Source of the DNA: Fimbriimonadales bacterium | GTDB lineage: Bacteria > Armatimonadota > Fimbriimonadia > Fimbriimonadales > ATM1 | Reading direction: 5' to 3' | Assembly: GCA_041744215.1 (NCBI GenBank) | Contig: JBGTLG010000033.1 | Coordinates: 96,001-160,000 of the forward strand | Length of the DNA: 64,000 nt | Notes under the pieces: generated by a model | The model's database searches: none | The model's input: the letters and a program-made list of their open reading frames with translations, nothing else | Told to the model about the DNA's origin: nothing | Shown here: positions 1 to 9,043 of the stretch, one piece after another | Layout: the number at the start of each line of letters is the position of its first letter | How positions within the stretch are numbered: position 1 is the stretch's first letter | Made by a program: the position numbers and the translations under genes

Positions 1-190
1 AAAACTGCCCTGTGATGCCGTTGATCAAGTTGAGCGACACGGCCAGGGTCGCATAGAGCATCCCAAGTTGAATGAGACGATTGTCCAGAAAGCCAAGTGC
101 AGGCGCAATCTTCGTTTGGAGCAGAAACAGAAACAACACCACAATCGCAATGCTGCCCAGCCGAGTGATCCAAAATTTCGGCGCGTTCAC
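1..190 (-). CDS. livM: Branched-chain amino acid ABC transporter permease LivM (5' part, runs off the window)
   Basis: Manual translation from GTG at 190: MNAPKFWITRLGSIAIVVLFLF...YATLAVSLNLINGITGQF, matching the LivM 'SLNLxxGxxGQ' motif. Start overlaps the livH stop (GTGA). Confidence 0.85.
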   Translation of the reverse strand, partial: MNAPKFWITRLGSIAIVVLFLFLLQTKIAPALGFLDNRLIQLGMLYATLAVSLNLINGITGQF

Positions 191-1230
191 GCTTTCTCCA
201 CCGCGGTTGTTCCAAGTAATCCGGTAGGTTTGAACATGAGCACAAGGATCAGGATGACGAAAGCGACAGCGTCTTTATAAAGGTCTTGGCCAATCCAGAC
301 AACGAGAAGCTCTGCAACGCCCATCAGAAACCCGCCGAGCACCGCGCCGGGAATGTTTCCAATACCGCCAAGCACAGCGGCGACGAATGCCTTCACTCCG
401 GGAAGCAACCCGTAGTCAGTCTTTAGTGGTGTGCCAAGCGCGGTCGCATTCATCATTGCAGCCGCGCCAGCCAGCGCAGAACCAATGATGAACGTGACAG
501 TGACGACACGGTTGACGTCGATGCCCATCAGAGCGGCCGTGTTGAAGTCGTGAGAGACGGCACGCATTGCCCTTCCAATCTTCGTGAAGGACACGACGTA
601 CCACAGCATAATCATCAACACAACCGACACGCCGAACATCGCGAGCTGTCCCCCTGAGAAGATTAACTCGCCGAAGACGGGAAGATCCACTTTGATCGTC
701 CGAAACGGATTGACCGTCTCGCTGATGCTCGGAGGAGGAGCAGTTCGAAACACCAACAGAAGCGACTGTTGCAAGAACAGAGAAACGCCGATTGCCGTAA
801 TCAAAATCGAGATTCTTGGAGCGCTTCTCAAAGGGCGATACGCCAGTCGTTCTATCGTCACGCCTAGCGCAGAGCATACGACCATGCTCCCAACAATCAT
901 CATCAGGAGGAGCAGCCAGGGGCTAATCGAATTCTTTTCGAACCAAACTTCGGCAACGTAGTACGCGACAAACGCGCCAACCATGTAGACCTCGCCGTGA
1001 GCGAAGTTGATGAGGCGAAGAACGCCGTACACCATCGTGTACCCGAGCGCAATCAGCGCGTAGATCGAACCAAGCTGGATTCCATTAATGATCTGCTGAT
1101 CGAGCAGACCCCAGTTCCTCGATCTGATCCATTCCCACATGATTGGGAACCAACCGAAGAGAAGCGACAACAGAAGGAATACGCCAACAACACCGATTGC
1201 CAAAGCGACCCGGTGCTGACGTGCGATCAC
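187..1230 (-). CDS. livH: Branched-chain amino acid ABC transporter permease LivH
   Basis: Motifs GSIYALIALGYTMVYGVLRLINFAHG, GRAMRAVS and KAFVAAVLGGIGNIPGA. Confidence 0.95.
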   Translation of the reverse strand: MIARQHRVALAIGVVGVFLLLSLLFGWFPIMWEWIRSRNWGLLDQQIINGIQLGSIYALIALGYTMVYGVLRLINFAHGEVYMVGAFVAYYVAEVWFEKNSISPWLLLLMMIVGSMVVCSALGVTIERLAYRPLRSAPRISILITAIGVSLFLQQSLLLVFRTAPPPSISETVNPFRTIKVDLPVFGELIFSGGQLAMFGVSVVLMIMLWYVVSFTKIGRAMRAVSHDFNTAALMGIDVNRVVTVTFIIGSALAGAAAMMNATALGTPLKTDYGLLPGVKAFVAAVLGGIGNIPGAVLGGFLMGVAELLVVWIGQDLYKDAVAFVILILVLMFKPTGLLGTTAVEKA

Positions 1231-1273
1231 TCTACGCCTCCCCGGCGCAACATAGTGTCAATGGGATATAGGG

Positions 1274-1306
1274 CCGCACCCCGTTCGATTTGCGAACAGG
1301 GTGCGG
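1274..1306. terminator. GC-rich stem-loop between livK and livH (terminator or mRNA-stabilising hairpin)
   Basis: ccgcaccc-cgttcg...cgaac-a-gggtgcgg inverted repeat; no clear U-tract. Confidence 0.45.
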
Positions 1307-1362
1307 TAGTTGCGGCGTTCGACTCACTTCTTGGCATCGAGTTGAAGCTAACGCCGAGATGC

Positions 1363-2613
1363 TTACCTTTTCGTTGCAGTTAGGATGAGTCCCGCCTTCT
1401 GGGCGTTTCCGTCTGGGCCAATGCTGATGGTTCCAGACACCCCGGCGAAGTTGGTCGTACTTGCGATCGCATCACGAATTCCCTTCGAGTCGTACGTCGT
1501 CGTACGCTTGATGGCATCAATCAACACACCCGCAGCATCGTATCCGAGCGCTCCCATCGCATTGGCAGGCTCACGATTGTACTTTTGGCGGAATGCGTCG
1601 ACGAATGCCTTGACTTCGGGTCGATCTTCCATGTTGCTGTAGTGGTTCGAGTAGTAGGTGCCGATGATTCCTTCGCCACCAGCTTGGAGCAGCTCGCTCG
1701 AATCCCACCCGTCGCCACCGAACATCGGCACATCGAGACCGACGTCGCGCTTCTGGCGCGCGATCGGCCCGATCTCTGTGAAGTATCCCGAACAGAACAA
1801 ACCGTCAGGATTTGCTGCTTTGATGTTGGTCAGCTGGCCCTTGAAGTCCGTCTGATCCTTCTCATAGAACGCTTCCGTCGCGATCTTTCCGCCGAGTTTC
1901 GTAAACACGGCCTTGAAAGCGTCGGAAAGCCCCGTGGAGTAGGGAAGCTTCTTGTCGGTTAGCACGGCAACGTTTCGCAGGCCGAGCTTGTCGTAGGCGA
2001 ACTTCGCCATCATCGCGCCTTGAAAGTCATCCGTGTAGCAAACGCGGAAAAACATGTTGCCGATGTTGGCCAGATCAATACGTGTTGATCCCGGCGAAAT
2101 GATAGGAACACCTTTCTCTTGCGCGACTTGCGCGGATGGCGCTGTAACGCCTGAAGCAATTTCGCCAAGGATTGCCACAACCTTGTGCTGTCCGATGAGC
2201 TTCTCGGTTGCGGACTTGCCTTGCGCGGGATCACCGGCGGTGTCCTCGACAACCATTTCGACTTTCCTACCGTTGATGCCGCCTGCTGCGTTGAACTCGT
2301 CAATCACCATCTTTGCGCCGTTCACGGATTCTTCACCCCACGGCTTCTCGGGGCCTGAGAGGCTGGCGATCATTCCCACTTTGATCGTATCGCCTTCGGT
2401 TGTGTTTCCGGGGCCCGTGGAGACCGGCCGCTGGGAAGCCGGCGCGATGCCAGCGTCGAACCACTCGATGCGGTCCTCTGGAACCCACATCGCCACAGCA
2501 CCAGCGCCGCTGGGGCCTCCGCCAGTCGTGGTGGTTCCTTCTTCTTGTTTGCAGCCCGCCATGCCGGCCACTAAGGCTCCAGCCAGGGCTAAGATCATCA
2601 ACTTGGTTTTCAT
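1363..2613 (-). CDS. livK: Branched-chain amino acid ABC transporter substrate-binding lipoprotein (LivJ/LivK family)
   Basis: Lipobox-like MAGC; IKVG..SLSG, INGRKVE, FFRVCYTDDFQG and ALGYDA motifs; upstream of livH/livM. Confidence 0.9.
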   Translation of the reverse strand: MKTKLMILALAGALVAGMAGCKQEEGTTTTGGGPSGAGAVAMWVPEDRIEWFDAGIAPASQRPVSTGPGNTTEGDTIKVGMIASLSGPEKPWGEESVNGAKMVIDEFNAAGGINGRKVEMVVEDTAGDPAQGKSATEKLIGQHKVVAILGEIASGVTAPSAQVAQEKGVPIISPGSTRIDLANIGNMFFRVCYTDDFQGAMMAKFAYDKLGLRNVAVLTDKKLPYSTGLSDAFKAVFTKLGGKIATEAFYEKDQTDFKGQLTNIKAANPDGLFCSGYFTEIGPIARQKRDVGLDVPMFGGDGWDSSELLQAGGEGIIGTYYSNHYSNMEDRPEVKAFVDAFRQKYNREPANAMGALGYDAAGVLIDAIKRTTTYDSKGIRDAIASTTNFAGVSGTISIGPDGNAQKAGLILTATKR

Positions 2614-2742
2614 CAGCTACACCTCCTGATCAAGAGCTTGCTCTTGAGTTGGGCGCTCCGCGCCTCTTTTGGTTGGAAATTCGGTGTAGTATAGCGAAAA
2701 TCCTCTGTCTGAACCCGTCTAAGGGGGGAGCGAACTAACAAC

Positions 2743-3267
2743 ATGGCTGAAAACTCTGCAAAAGAACTCGTCACTCTGGCTGTTGAACGATTTGAGTCTG
2801 GCGACCTGGACGGCGCGATCAATCTCGCGCGCCAGGCCATTGACGCCGACAACCGCTCCGCGGACGCCTTCTCGGTGCTTGGAATTGCCCTGGCACAAGC
2901 CGGTCGGGAAGATGAGGCCACGACGTCGCTTCAGAAGGCGATCCAGACGTCCCCATACACCGCAAGCCACTACTACAATTTGGCGCTCCACCACTATCAC
3001 GCCGGACACAAGAACGACGCGATGTCGATGGCCCAGGAAGCGATCAGAACCGATTCGAAGCACCGGCGAGCGCTCACCCTGCTGAAGCAGCTTGAGGCCG
3101 AAACCCACGTTGAGGTCGCACCCTATACGTCTTCTCTGGGCGACAGCCGAGGAGCTTACAAGTACAAAGAAGAAAAGCCCGAGGCCGATGGCCTTAGCGC
3201 GATGGGCGATATGGAAGCTCCTCCCATTCAAGCACCCGGCGAGCACCCACCCGCGTCGAACCAATAG
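2743..3267 (+). CDS. TPR-repeat protein
   Basis: TPR-like helices (AFSVLGIALAQAGREDEA; HYYNLAL); RBS-like ggggag upstream. Confidence 0.8.
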   Translation: MAENSAKELVTLAVERFESGDLDGAINLARQAIDADNRSADAFSVLGIALAQAGREDEATTSLQKAIQTSPYTASHYYNLALHHYHAGHKNDAMSMAQEAIRTDSKHRRALTLLKQLEAETHVEVAPYTSSLGDSRGAYKYKEEKPEADGLSAMGDMEAPPIQAPGEHPPASNQ

Positions 3268-3282
3268 GCCGGTAATCACCGC

Positions 3283-4107
3283 TTGACCGACCGCCGAACC
3301 GAGTTTGCCGATCAGGCGCGAGCCTGCCTTAGGAATGGGCAGATCGGAGAAGCGCTCGGATTCGCGCGGCAAGCGCTGGAGCTCGCCCCCACCCACACCG
3401 ATTCGCTGACCGTCCTCGGCGCAGCCCTTAGTCGCGCCGATATGCCGGACGAGGCAACCGAGGTGCTGGAGAAAGCGACGAAGATTGAGCCGGACAATCC
3501 GAAGCACCGATACAACCTCGCGGCTCACCTGTTTCGGTTCGGCTGGAAAGAAGAGGCCCAGCGCCACGTTTCCACCGCGCTGGATCTCGACCCGAACTAC
3601 GGCAAAGCGAAAGAGCTGCTCCGACGCATCGACAGGGATCAGCAAACCCCGCCGCTAATGAGGTTCAGTAATCCCTCAGGAGGACCGGTCGCGGAGGCCC
3701 CTCCGGTCCAGGCTCCTCCTTCTGACACCTTCTTCCCTGCAGCTCCGCCAAAACCGAAACACTCGGTCGCCCTTCTCGCTCGGCTCGGAAAGGTCTGGGA
3801 CTTCATCTTTGTCGGGATTTTTGCGGTTCAGGCTGGATTCATGGCGTTCGCACTCTCCTCAATGCTCGAAGTCGGCCTCGAGCCCACCTACGATGCCATC
3901 TCCGGCGCGAACACCTACATCGTCGCCTGGCTCGCCTTCACGCTCGCCTATATTCTGGACTTAGCCGACCGACGTCCATCCGGCTCCTACGTCATATTGG
4001 CCATCCTGACCATTTCGCTGTCGGTTCCGCTGTGCCTGCTGGCGTTTCTGCCTGTCCTGGGCGCGGTCATGTTCGCCGCGTATATGATCGGAACAAGAAA
4101 AGAGTAG
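3283..4107 (+). CDS. TPR-repeat protein with proline-rich linker and C-terminal transmembrane helices
   Basis: N-terminal TPR patterns (RYNLAAHLFRFG, ALDLDPNY) and 3-4 hydrophobic C-terminal segments. Confidence 0.8.
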   Translation: MTDRRTEFADQARACLRNGQIGEALGFARQALELAPTHTDSLTVLGAALSRADMPDEATEVLEKATKIEPDNPKHRYNLAAHLFRFGWKEEAQRHVSTALDLDPNYGKAKELLRRIDRDQQTPPLMRFSNPSGGPVAEAPPVQAPPSDTFFPAAPPKPKHSVALLARLGKVWDFIFVGIFAVQAGFMAFALSSMLEVGLEPTYDAISGANTYIVAWLAFTLAYILDLADRRPSGSYVILAILTISLSVPLCLLAFLPVLGAVMFAAYMIGTRKE

Positions 4108-4178
4108 CGCGAACCTGTCAAATCCTTCGTATAATGGTAGATATGATCCCGACGCCTGTACAAGGAGGCTCGTAATCC

Positions 4179-5363
4179 ATGCTTACCTTCGCAATTCTCG
4201 CGCTGGCTGCGGCTTCGCCGACGGTCATAGACCGGCCTCTTGAGGCGCCCTTTAAGGTGACCGAGAGCGCGATTGTGGTCGATGCGGTAGTCAACGGGCG
4301 TAAAGCATCCTTCATGTTCGACACCGGTTTCGGTGGGTACATCACGATCAACAACAGGATCGACATCGGAAAACCGAGTGGCACGATCGGGCTGCGCGAC
4401 TTCGTCGGTCAGTTCGAAGTGCCAGTCGTAGATCTCAAATCGGTCGAGTTAGGTGAGCTCAAGCTCAGCAATCTGGACGGCAAAGCTGTCCAGGAGCCTG
4501 GAAGTCGCTACACGGACTATTACGGCACGCACTGCGACGGAATCATGGGTTTAGCCATTGTCCAGGATTACGTCACCGAAATCAACTTTGAAAAGAGCAA
4601 GTTCATCTTTCATCCGAAAACCTACGACATCACAAAACTCAAGCCCGACAACAAGCGAACATTTCTTGCAAAGCTGGAGCCGCACGGATACAACTCGCTT
4701 GAGATTGCTGTACACGCAAATGGCAAGGAGTTAATGCTCGCTCTCGACACAGGAAACGCTTTCTACATCGCGACACATAAAGACGTGCTGGAGCGCATCG
4801 GCCTCTGGAAGAATACGGACAAACCGAAACACGTATCGCAGTCTGGCGTAGCATCTGGAGTCGTAGACAGCTGGAGCATTTGGGTTCACGACGCGAATAT
4901 CTATGGGGTTCCGGTACCGCTCTCGATTTGGAACATCATCGACCTGCCAAGTTCAAGCGCGGAACACGACGGCACGGTCGGATACGGGTTCTTGAAGAAC
5001 TTCAACATTACGATCGACTACGAAAGGCGGCACGTCTGGTTGGAGAACTTCACCGGGCGCGTCGTGGATGACTTCAAGGGCGACCCCGGCATCGCTGTGG
5101 CGCTGAACCCTCAGAATCGAGTCCAGATATACCGGGTCTTGGACAACAGCCCTGCTGAGGCGGCTGGCCTAAAGTACGGGGACCTGCTGATTGCGATTAA
5201 TGGCCGGAGCCTCACGACAATCCCTCGGCACCAGATCCAGGGCTTGCTGGAAGGCGATGTCGGCTCCACCGTCAAGCTGACCGTCAGCAGAGGTGGAAAT
5301 GTCCACCAGTTCGACGTTGAGCGCAAAGTTCTCGCGAACGGGAAGCCGCCGACCGGGAACTAG
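4179..5363 (+). CDS. Secreted aspartyl protease (two retropepsin-like lobes) with C-terminal PDZ domain
   Basis: Signal peptide; FMFDTG and LALDTG motifs with DGIMG and DGTVG; PDZ pattern SPAEAAGLKYGDLLIAING. Confidence 0.85.
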   Translation: MLTFAILALAAASPTVIDRPLEAPFKVTESAIVVDAVVNGRKASFMFDTGFGGYITINNRIDIGKPSGTIGLRDFVGQFEVPVVDLKSVELGELKLSNLDGKAVQEPGSRYTDYYGTHCDGIMGLAIVQDYVTEINFEKSKFIFHPKTYDITKLKPDNKRTFLAKLEPHGYNSLEIAVHANGKELMLALDTGNAFYIATHKDVLERIGLWKNTDKPKHVSQSGVASGVVDSWSIWVHDANIYGVPVPLSIWNIIDLPSSSAEHDGTVGYGFLKNFNITIDYERRHVWLENFTGRVVDDFKGDPGIAVALNPQNRVQIYRVLDNSPAEAAGLKYGDLLIAINGRSLTTIPRHQIQGLLEGDVGSTVKLTVSRGGNVHQFDVERKVLANGKPPTGN

Positions 5364-5406
5364 GACTGACTTTCGAAACAAAACCGGAATCCATCCGCGT
5401 CTCTGG

Positions 5407-5437
5407 TTGACTTAATAGCAGACATCTGTCTACTATT
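5407..5437 (+). promoter_or_regulatory. Sigma70-type promoter overlapped by a 24-bp palindromic operator
   Basis: TTGACT (5407-5412), 18-nt spacer, TACTAT (5431-5436); palindrome aatagcagacatctgtctactatt at 5414-5437. Confidence 0.6.
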
Positions 5438-5474
5438 ACATAGTCTAAAGAGAGAACGAATCAAGGGGGTTCAG

Positions 5475-5924
5475 GTGGAGTTCGGAAACTCATTTTCCGA
5501 TGCCGTCGAGGCTTACGTCGGCGGCATCGAGCGGTCTTCGGAGCGACCGCACTATACGGAGGCTACTCTCCAGCAGAAGCTTCGACGGTCAAACTGCCGC
5601 GCGGTTTGGAATGCGCCGGGGACAGATCCCTCCGCCGCCGCCACGCTGTACCTGCGTGAGCGCGATTTTGCGCGGGCGGTTTCGGGTGCCGGACTGACGG
5701 ACAGGCAGCGGGAGGTGTTCTTGGCTCGCACGAGCGGCGACACGTGGGAAGAAATCGGACGGCGGCACGGTCATTCGAAGCAAGGCGCATGTCACATCTT
5801 TCGGCAAGCGATGCGCAAGATCAGGCGCACACTTCGCGACAATCCGTTGCGGGGTCTTGCAACCGTGTATCGAGAAGAGGTGACTCGATTCTCACCTGTT
5901 CGACAGGCACGGCGTTTCCGCTAA
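5475..5924 (+). CDS. Protein with sigma70 region-4-like helix-turn-helix
   Basis: LTDRQREVF...GDTWEEIGRRHGHSKQGACHIFRQAMRKIR resembles sigma region 4; aggggg RBS. Confidence 0.7.
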   Translation: MEFGNSFSDAVEAYVGGIERSSERPHYTEATLQQKLRRSNCRAVWNAPGTDPSAAATLYLRERDFARAVSGAGLTDRQREVFLARTSGDTWEEIGRRHGHSKQGACHIFRQAMRKIRRTLRDNPLRGLATVYREEVTRFSPVRQARRFR

Positions 5925-6892
5925 CCTTCGAGTTGGACGCCCATATTGCGATACTTTTCGTATCGAGTTGCGCGAATCTCATCGCGAGAAGCGCGTTCGA
6001 GTTCGGACAGGTGACGGCCGATTGCACCTTCAATGTTATCAGCAGTCTCTCTCAAACCTCGGTGTGCGCCTCCGAACTCTTCTGGAACGATTTCATCGAT
6101 CAAGCCAAGTTCAAGAGCGTTTTGCGCTGTGAGCTTCAGCGCGGCCGCGGCTTTGTCGCCAGCAGTCGGATCGCGCCACAAAATCGCCGCGCATCCTTCT
6201 GGCGGTATCACCGAGTAAATCGAATTCTCCAGCATGAGAACACGACTCGCAGCCCCGATGCCGATAGCTCCTCCGCTGCCGCCTTCGCCGATCACTATCG
6301 CGACCGTTGGCACCCCCAAGCTGAACATCTTGAACATTCCTGCGGCAATCGCCTCGCTGATGCCTCGCTCCTCGCTCTCTACGTTTGGGTCGGCTGCAGG
6401 GGTATCGACAAAGGAAATGACCGGCAGGCCAAATCGATCTGCCATGTCGAACAACCGGATCGCTTTTCGATAGCCGTCTGGCTTCGCCATTCCGAAGTTT
6501 CTAAACTTCCTTTCCTTCAAATCGCGACCTTTCTGATGACCAACTATGACGCAGGATCGATCTGCGATCTTGCCCACTCCGCCAACAATTGCCTTATCAT
6601 CAGCATAGCGCCGATCGCCTTTTAGCTCCACCCAATCTGTAACGAGTGTCCGGATGTAGTCCATCGTGTACGGTCGATTGTCTGCGCGAGAAACGAGGAC
6701 GCGCTCCCAAGGTCCGAGACGACCGTACTTGACTCGAATGTAGTTGTCGCGTGTACGTTCAAACTGTTGTATCTGCTCTTCGACCCCAGACTGCTTCTCC
6801 TGCGGGAGTCGCTTCTGTTGCTCGCGCAGTTCCTCAATACCGCGTTCAAGTTCGATCAGGGGTTTCTCCCACTCGGCCCAAGATTTAGCCAC
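5921..6892 (-). CDS. accA: Acetyl-CoA carboxylase carboxyltransferase alpha subunit
   Basis: RNFGMAKPDGYRKA, GEGGSGGA and YSVIPPEGCAAILW; start reassigned to GTG at 6892, overlapping the accD stop. Confidence 0.95.
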   Translation of the reverse strand: MAKSWAEWEKPLIELERGIEELREQQKRLPQEKQSGVEEQIQQFERTRDNYIRVKYGRLGPWERVLVSRADNRPYTMDYIRTLVTDWVELKGDRRYADDKAIVGGVGKIADRSCVIVGHQKGRDLKERKFRNFGMAKPDGYRKAIRLFDMADRFGLPVISFVDTPAADPNVESEERGISEAIAAGMFKMFSLGVPTVAIVIGEGGSGGAIGIGAASRVLMLENSIYSVIPPEGCAAILWRDPTAGDKAAAALKLTAQNALELGLIDEIVPEEFGGAHRGLRETADNIEGAIGRHLSELERASRDEIRATRYEKYRNMGVQLEG

Positions 6893-7682
6893 GTTTGCCT
6901 CCCATGAAGTGCGAGACGAGTTTAACGAGTGTTGGACGAATGTCTTTACGTTGCACGATTGCATCGATCATGCCATGCTCAAGGGAGAACTCCGACGTCT
7001 GAAAGTTATCCGGCAGCTTTTGGCCGCCGCTGGCCTGGGCGGCAACGCGCGCGCCAGCGAAGCCAACGAGCGCTTTCGGCTCCGCGAGAATCACATCTGC
7101 GAGACTTGCGTACGATGCGAGCACTCCTGCCATCGTCGGATCCGTGAACACACAAATGTATGGAATGCCGGCGTCATAGGCTTTGCGGCATGCCGCCGAT
7201 GTCTTCGCCATTTGCATCAGTGACAAGAGTCCTTCCTGCATTCTCGCGCCACCTGTCGCAGTGAAAACAATCGCTGGAATCTGATCGGATGCCGCCAGTT
7301 CGAGCGTTCGGGTGACCTTCTCACCTGCGACTGAACCCATGCTTCCGCCCATGAACCGGAAATCAGCCAGCGCAACTGAGACCGGCTGGCCATCTAACTT
7401 TGCAGTGCCCCGAATGACCGCATCGTTGCGGCCCGTAGCCGCGAATCCTCTCGCAAGTTTTTCGGGATACTCAGGAAACTGGATAGGATCGGCCGACGCC
7501 ATGCTGGCGTCCACCTCAACGAAGGTCCCTTCGTCAAAAGTTGTTGCGATCCGTTCCTCCGCAGGCATGCGATGGTGGTGACTGCAGTGAGTGCAGACCC
7601 GAAGGTTCTTTACGAACTCCTTGGAGAACAGAACCTTCTTGCACCCTTCGCAACGCAGAAACGCATCCGGCTTGGTTTGCAT
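6885..7682 (-). CDS. accD: Acetyl-CoA carboxylase carboxyltransferase beta subunit
   Basis: CxxC..CxxC zinc finger, FMGGSMGS and GGARMQEG motifs. Confidence 0.95.
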   Translation of the reverse strand: MQTKPDAFLRCEGCKKVLFSKEFVKNLRVCTHCSHHHRMPAEERIATTFDEGTFVEVDASMASADPIQFPEYPEKLARGFAATGRNDAVIRGTAKLDGQPVSVALADFRFMGGSMGSVAGEKVTRTLELAASDQIPAIVFTATGGARMQEGLLSLMQMAKTSAACRKAYDAGIPYICVFTDPTMAGVLASYASLADVILAEPKALVGFAGARVAAQASGGQKLPDNFQTSEFSLEHGMIDAIVQRKDIRPTLVKLVSHFMGGKRG

Positions 7683-7736
7683 AGCGGCTTTACCCCACCA
7701 GGAGCGGGGGGAACCATGTTACACCATCGTCATGGC

Positions 7737-8180
7737 CTACGGGATCATCCGCCAGATCCCGTAGCCGATGAACGCCGCCAGAAACAGAAGATTAGCCGTG
7801 AGGATCGGTTTTACCGGCGCAATCATCCGATAGCGGAACACAAACTTCGATCCATAGTAGATCGACCCGACAGCGAACCACAGAAAGACCGCCGGACCAA
7901 ACAGGTGCGCCCTTATAGCCAGGGCGAAATCGCCATTGAGCATGGCCGCCCACGCCGTGGTCATTCCGCAAGTTGGGCAGGGCCTCGCGTAAACGGACTG
8001 CCACGGACAGGGCGGGAATCCGATCTGCGTATGGGTGCCGTGGCCAGCCACATTTGGCTCAAGAAATGCAGCGACGGAGATGGTGGCCAACCAAAACAAA
8101 AACAGCACGATTTCTGGAATGAGGTCTCTGCGCGGCACTCCCCTTTGTATATAAAACGCTGGTTGCTCTTTTACCTTCAT
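7737..8180 (-). CDS. DUF2752-like membrane protein
   Basis: PPCPW...RPCPTCGMTTAWAA motif; ATG at 8180 overlaps the truB stop (ATGA). Confidence 0.75.
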   Translation of the reverse strand: MKVKEQPAFYIQRGVPRRDLIPEIVLFLFWLATISVAAFLEPNVAGHGTHTQIGFPPCPWQSVYARPCPTCGMTTAWAAMLNGDFALAIRAHLFGPAVFLWFAVGSIYYGSKFVFRYRMIAPVKPILTANLLFLAAFIGYGIWRMIP

Positions 8181-9043
8181 GTCTGCTTCGTCATCGTCGG
8201 CACAACACATCGCGGCTGCCACACGTCGCCAACAGATTCGGCGACTGCAAGGAACTCACCCTGTTCGTCAAGGATTGTGGCGAATCGTTCACTGTCCAAT
8301 TGTGGCAGGCGAATCGGTTGGCCATTGCGTATCAGCGCCGCTTGTTGCTCCGGCAGACGCACGACTTTGAAAGGCTCGAGTGCCACATCGAGCGGGATCA
8401 GCCTGTCTTCAGCAAGCTCTTCCAGACGCAGAGCCGACTCTAAAGTGAACTTGCCGACCGCAGTTCTGCGCAAACTTGCCAAATGGGCGCAGGTACCCAG
8501 CGCGCGACCCAAGTCATGCGCCAGCGTTCGAATGTAGGTCCCACCCGAACAGACAACCGTGGCCTTCGCAATCGGCGGTTCATACACGTCGATCTCTAAA
8601 GAGTGGATCTCTACGTTGCGAGGCTCGCGATCGATGTCGATGCCTCTGCGCGCATAGGCGTAAAGCGGCTTGCCTGCGTGCTTAATGGCGCTATACATCG
8701 GCGGAACCTGACTGATGGCGCCGAGAAATCCTGACGCCGCCTCGCAAATGCTCGCCAGAGTAACGTGCTCTGCGGACTGTTCATCCACGACCTCCCCTTC
8801 TGCGTCTTGTGTATTGGTAGCAGTGCCTAAAGCAATGTCGCACTCGTAGACTTTGGGTTCCGTGGGAAGATATTGAAGTACACGAGTTGCCGGACCGACT
8901 GCCAACACGAGAACGCCACTCGCTGCGGGATCGAGTGTCCCCCCGTGGCCAATCTTCTTCGTTCCTAAAGCCCGGCGCGCGCGCGCTACGACATCGTGCG
9001 AAGTGAGTCCGACCGGCTTATCAACATTCGCAATGCCAATCAT
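8177..9043 (-). CDS. truB: tRNA pseudouridine(55) synthase
   Basis: DKPVGLTSHDVV, GHGGTLDP, PPMYSAIK and GTYIRTL motifs. Confidence 0.97.
   Translation of the reverse strand: MIGIANVDKPVGLTSHDVVARARRALGTKKIGHGGTLDPAASGVLVLAVGPATRVLQYLPTEPKVYECDIALGTATNTQDAEGEVVDEQSAEHVTLASICEAASGFLGAISQVPPMYSAIKHAGKPLYAYARRGIDIDREPRNVEIHSLEIDVYEPPIAKATVVCSGGTYIRTLAHDLGRALGTCAHLASLRRTAVGKFTLESALRLEELAEDRLIPLDVALEPFKVVRLPEQQAALIRNGQPIRLPQLDSERFATILDEQGEFLAVAESVGDVWQPRCVVPTMTKQT

Noticed and set aside
2719-3645. 308-aa minus-strand ORF and similar long shadow ORFs (7572-8537, 25816-26760, 31016-31960, 32843-33934)
   Set aside because: Antisense to well-supported genes, without motifs; expected in GC-rich DNA.
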